Shown piece after piece: positions 57,152 to 64,000 of a stretch of DNA of 64,000 nucleotides. Under the pieces are notes generated by a model. That model ran no database searches and had not been told where the DNA came from. It saw only the letters and a program-made list of their open reading frames with translations. The first letter of the stretch is position 1, and each line of letters starts with the position of its first letter. This DNA is from the human T2T-CHM13v2.0 reference genome, Homo sapiens. The stretch lies in assembly GCF_009914755.1 (NCBI RefSeq), contig NC_060930.1; one strand, written 5' to 3'. Made by a program: the position numbers and the translations under genes.

Positions 57152-59808
57152 TGTGTTTGTCAGGGTTCTCTAAAGGGACAGAACTAATAGGATATACAAA
57201 TATATGAAGCAAAGTGTATTAGGAGAACTGACTCACATGAACAAAATGTGAAATCCCACAGTAGGCCATCCACAAGCTGTGGAGCCAGGAAGCCAGTCTG
57301 ACTCCCAAAACCTCAAAAGTGGGAAAGCTGATAGTGCAGCCTTCAGTCTGTGACTGAAAGCCTGAGAGCCCCTTGAAAATCAATGGTGTAAGTCCAAGTG
57401 TCCAAAAGCTGAAGAACTTGGAGTCTGATATTCAAGGGCAGGAGGCATCCAGCATGGGAGAAAGATAGAGGCCTGAAGTCTTAGCCATCTAGTCCTTCCA
57501 CTTTCCTCTGTTTGCTTTTATCTTAGCCAGGCTGGCTGGCAGCTGATTAGATGGTGCCTACCCAGATTGAGGGTGAGTCTGGCTCTCCCATGAATACTGG
57601 CTATGGGAGAAACAGTACCACATACTGGAAGCTGATTGAGGTACACAGCCTTCTGGAAAACTTTGCTTCAGTCCTGCAAAGTACTGTCACCTAGTTGGTG
57701 TTGTAACTGTGACTTCAAAAGGCCATTTCACCCTTCTATCAATCCAGCTGCTTCAGGATCATGGGGAACATGGTAAGACCAGTGAAATTCATGAGCATGA
57801 GCCCACTGAAACACTTCTTTAGCCATAAAGTGAGTGCCTTGGTTAGAGACAATGCTATGTGGAATACAATTACAGTATATAGGAATTCCATGAGTCCACG
57901 GCTGGTAGTTTGGAAGAAGCATTGCACACAGAACAGGCAAACCCATATCTGCAGTGTCTATTCTGATGAGGGCAAACTGCTGCCCTTTCCATGATGGAAG
58001 ATATTCAATATAATTAACCTGCCACCAAGTTGCTGGCTGATCACCCTGAGGAATGGTGTCATATCAAGGGCTCAGTGTTGGTTGCTGCTGCTGGCAAACT
58101 GGGCACACAGCAGTGGCTGTAGCCAGGCCTGCCTTAGTGAGTAGAAGTCCATGTTGCTGAGCCCATATATAACCTCCATCACTGTCACATGGCTGCTTTG
58201 TTAATCAGCCCGTTGGGCAATGGCAGGGGTCACTGGGAAATGAGCTTGAGTGGTGGCCACAGAATGAGTCATTCTGTCCACTTGATTATTCAGATCCTTC
58301 TCTGCTGAGGTCACCCATTGGTGAGCACTCACATGGGATCCAAATATCTTGACAGTTTTTGACCACTCAGAGAGGTCCATCCACATACCTCTTCCCCAAA
58401 TTTCTTTGTCACCAATTTTCCAATCCTGCTTCTTCCAAGTCCCTGACAAACCACTGGCAATAGCCTATGAATCAGTATATAATTGCACATCTGGGCATGT
58501 CTCCTTCCAAGAAAAGTGTACAACCAGGTGCACTGCTTGAAGTTCTGCCCATTGGGAAGATTTCCCTTCACCACTATTCTTCAGGGATGTCCTAGAAAGG
58601 GGCCATAGTCCTGCCGCTGTCCACTCTCGGGTGGTGCCTGCATATTGAGCAGAGCCATTTGTGAACCAGGCCCTTGTCTTTTCTTCCTCTGTCAACTGAT
58701 CATAGGAAACTCCCCATGAGGCCATCAGTGCAGGCTGGGGGAAAGAAAACAGGGTGGCAGGAGTTGAGACCACGGGTATTTGAGCCACTTCATCAGTAAC
58801 TTACTTGTGCCCAGAGGAACCGCTTGAGACCAATCACGTGTATACTACTTACATTTGATAATTGAATGCTGCCATGCATGCCCCACTATATGGCCAGATG
58901 GATCAGGAATCACCCAGTTTATGATAGGCGGTTCAGGTTATATGGTAACTTGATGACCCATAGTCAAAAGTTCAGTTTCTACCAAAGCCCAGTAACAGGC
59001 CAAGAGCTGTTTCTCAAAAGGAGGGTAGTTATTTGCAGAAGAGGGCACGGGCTTGCTCCAAAATCCTAGACGTATCTGCTGTTATTCACCTAGTGGGGCC
59101 TGCCAAAGGCTTCAAACAGCATCTCTATCTGCCATTGACACCTCAAGCTTCATTGGATCTGCTGGGTCATATGGCCCAAGTGACAGAGCAGCTTGCACAG
59201 CAGCCTGAACCTGTTGCAGGGCCTTCTCTTCTTTTGGGCCCCACTTCTGGCACCAAAATCTTTATTAGTCAGGGTTTTCTAAAGGGACAGAACAAATAGA
59301 ATAGATGAACATATGAATGGGGAGTTTATTAGAAGAATTGACTTACACGATCACAAGGTGAAGTCTCACAATAGGCCGTCTGCAAGCTGAGAAGCCAGGA
59401 AGCTAGTCTGAGTCTCAAAACCTCAAAAGTAGGGAAGCAGATAGTGCATCCTTCAGTCTGGGGCTGAAGGCCCAAGAGCCCCTGGCAAATCACTGGTGTA
59501 AGTCCAAGAGTCCAAAAGCCAAAGAACTTGGAGTCTGATGTTTGAGGGCAGGAAACATCCATCACAGAAGAAAGATGGAGGCCAGAAGACTCAACTAGTC
59601 TTGTCTTCCATTTTCCTCTGCCTGCTTTTATCCTAGCCACTCTGGCAGCTGACTAGATGCTGCCCACCCAGATTGAGAGTGGTTCTGCCTCTCCCAGTCC
59701 ACTGACTCAAATGTTAATCTCCTCTGACAACACCCTCACAGGCACACCTAGAACAATACTTTGCATCATTCAATCCAATCTAGTTGACACTCAACGTTAA
59801 CCATCAAA
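57152..59808 (-). mobile_element. Internally deleted HERV-L provirus: MLT2A2-like 5' LTR 59261-59808, pol remnant 57590-59240, truncated 3' LTR 57152-57590
   Basis: Two homologous LTRs; Leu-type PBS tggtgccagaagtgg at 59241-59255; RNase H motifs (AWFTNGSA, SSQWAELQAV, LYTDS) and integrase motifs (SNQGTHF, AAGLIE) in broken frames. Confidence 0.9.
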
Positions 59809-61116
59809 GGTGGTAAAGTCAATTGAAACTCCACCAACTCAATGTTATTTGTATGTTTATAGAAAACACTTATCCACAACTATTATCTACATTACACAAA
59901 ATAATAAATTGACTCAAAGACAACAGAAGGCTAGGATCAGGTAACCTGAAAGGATATGCTTTAAACACCATGTATATAATTTTCTTAAGTCAAGCAGTAA
60001 ACTATTTTTTAAATATTTCAAACTTTTATACAATTCTAAAGAATAATTTATTTAAAATAATTTGTAGAATCATGGCTAGAGATAGATTATAGAATCAAAT
60101 TAGAAATAAAGTATATGACACACAGAATATTAAATATCATGTTTGTAGTACATACCTAGAATGCTTTTGCAAAAAAAAAATCATCAACTCTGTACATTGA
60201 AAATATGTCATCTTTTCCACCGAAATATGACTGTACTTCTCTGGTTTCCTACAAAGTAAAATTTTAATTCTCAGTCTATGAAGCTCTTTTATTAGAATAC
60301 ACTAAATTATCTAATCTCACTTCTCATTTGTAAATCATCCAACTATCTTTTTACCGTATTATTCTGCTCTGAAACTGGCATTTTTGTGTAGTTTACAGTT
60401 CTCCTTGCCCCATCAATGTATAAACTTAAATGTCTTCTGCTAAAGATTTCCCTATAGAGATTCCATCAGGGTTTTTTGTTTTTTAATTCTTACTTTTGAA
60501 AAATAGGTTTTATCGTTCTTTAAATTAGTGATAAGAAATATTCAAACTGCAGATGATTGTCTTGATAGAAGTTTAAAAATGGAACTTATAGGTGTAGTAC
60601 ATTTACTGACTTTGTTTGATTTCTAAATCAAGGTCAGGGAGGAACAAATGCATCTTAGACTTTTTGGGTCACAGAACATTGTGAGTATAGACTTCTTACC
60701 AACAATGTAACCTCTCCAACTCTTCTGGGATTGAGAAACTCTCTCATTTATAGAGCAATACTGAATGGCTATCATGAGATCAGAAGAGAAATTTAATTGC
60801 TAAATACGATAATTTAGACGCCTTGGATATATTTCTGGTCAAGATATTCTAACAACAAAATAACCTAGCCCATTATTGATTAGTTTGAGATATTACAAAG
60901 TTTTCTTTATAAAGAATTAAGAATTATTTTCTTGTGACTTTAATTCATTTGATAACATTAGATTGTCTGGTGAAATGTCTCCCTTAAACAAGAAAGAACC
61001 TGAGACCCTGAGAGACTAGGAGCATCTCTAAGAACATAGACTGGATGGTGATGACATTAATTAAAATGGACAATAAGTGTGTCCGGCCACACATAGATTA
61101 TCTGAATAGGTTCTAC

Positions 61117-61190
61117 TATATATGTGTGTGTATATATATACATATATATACACACACACACGTGTAATGTATATATGTATTATGTATGTG
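61117..61190. repeat. (TA)n/(TG)n/(CA)n microsatellite
   Basis: Direct inspection. Confidence 0.85.
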
Positions 61191-61560
61191 ATATCAAAAC
61201 ATGTCTAATTCTGTTTATAATACTTGTAAGTGAATCTAAAATTATAATAACGATACCCAATTAGTTGAACACTTCAAACTGTTTTTTCTTTTTCTAAATT
61301 CTGTTTGAATATAAAATAACAGTTTTCACAAGCTCCTGATTTGCTGCATCTAAATTCTGAAATATGTTTTAGGTATTGCAAATAAATTTGATAATTTACT
61401 AATTAGAAAGATACTTTACTGGAAAAAATAAAATATGCATTATTCATTCATACATAAACATGAGAGTCCCTTGCTTCCTCTGTTTCAAAATATTTTACAG
61501 TTCCATGAATAGTTCTCTCTAATAATTGTTTCTGAAAAACAAATTATGTTAATAGTCATA

Positions 61561-63084
<1,524 letters not shown>

Positions 63085-64000
63085 AGTCATATAATTTATA
63101 TTTAGTAAAATTTTATATAAAACAATATCTTGTAAGCCAAATAGATGAGGAATATTAAGATGAACATTACAAAAATGTATGCTCTTATATGAAGAAGTTA
63201 AACTCAGAAATTTTCTGTGTTGAGAAAAAGATCCAAAAAAATTCATCTATTAATTCTAGTGGGAGGCACCTGACAATATTTCTCTTTGCTGAAACATGTG
63301 CCAGTACAATATTCAAAGTATTTATCTCCAAGCACAGTGGCTCTGTTTACTGCTCTGAGTTAGGCAGCATTCACATGGCTGTGTTAGCATCTGGGAACTA
63401 GAGAAGGCATGAAGATAGATAAAGGGAAAGTCAAGTAGTGGAGCACGAATACACACAAGCTGGAAGCAAAAACAACCATCTAAGCTGCTGAACGGAAATT
63501 AAGTAATCCATTTTTAAAATCCTCAATGAACTTGTTTGTTTCTCAAAATCTTTGACTTTTTTAAACAGATGCATACAACAAAAATGTAAATAATGAGAAA
63601 ATGAAGGTACAACGCATTTGAAAACTGGTTATAATTGGAAGTGAATAAAATGATGTTTGTGTATGTCTGTGCCCTATAGAAATTAATATGTCCTCTCAAA
63701 AATCAAACTGCTCTACAAGTTTATAGTAAACACATATTTTTGGGACTAGGATACTTTAAATTGTTTTGAGAGCAGTAGGGAACTGTAATCTTTATTGCCC
63801 TGTAGAACACTTTTGCTCATATTAAAATGCTAACAGTTTCTAAGACGGCCTTCACTCAGTAAAAATCAAAGCAGGAAATGTAACTAAATGAGTTCTCAAT
63901 CTACTTTGACATCACACATTACACATTTTAATTGTAAAAGATTTGGATAAAATAATAAAATATAAATAGCTTGAGGCTGTTTTGTATCTGCACTTACTTT

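Overview
AT-rich, gene-poor primate DNA, almost certainly human: it contains an L1HS pre-Ta insertion with ACG/G diagnostics. I see no supportable host protein-coding exon, RNA gene, CpG island or CRISPR array; every recognisable ORF in the track derives from L1, Alu, LTR/ERV or simple repeats. The window is a transposon record. It holds a ~6 kb old L1PB, a two-LTR MER61/LTR9-like ERV1 provirus, a doubly deleted HERV-L, several solo LTRs with intact TSDs, about 10 Alus, DNA-transposon MITEs, two L1s with 5' inversions and a young 1.1 kb L1HS. I found no evidence of a novel biological system. The best second-look items are mechanistic: a non-consensus transversion shared by two neighbouring L1s (possible gene conversion), an inverted L1 with no 3' end, an L1-Alu chimera, templated fold-back insertions, an orphan A51 tract and a unique-sequence dispersed duplication. 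Subfamily names come from recalled consensus sequences and need Dfam/RepeatMasker confirmation.
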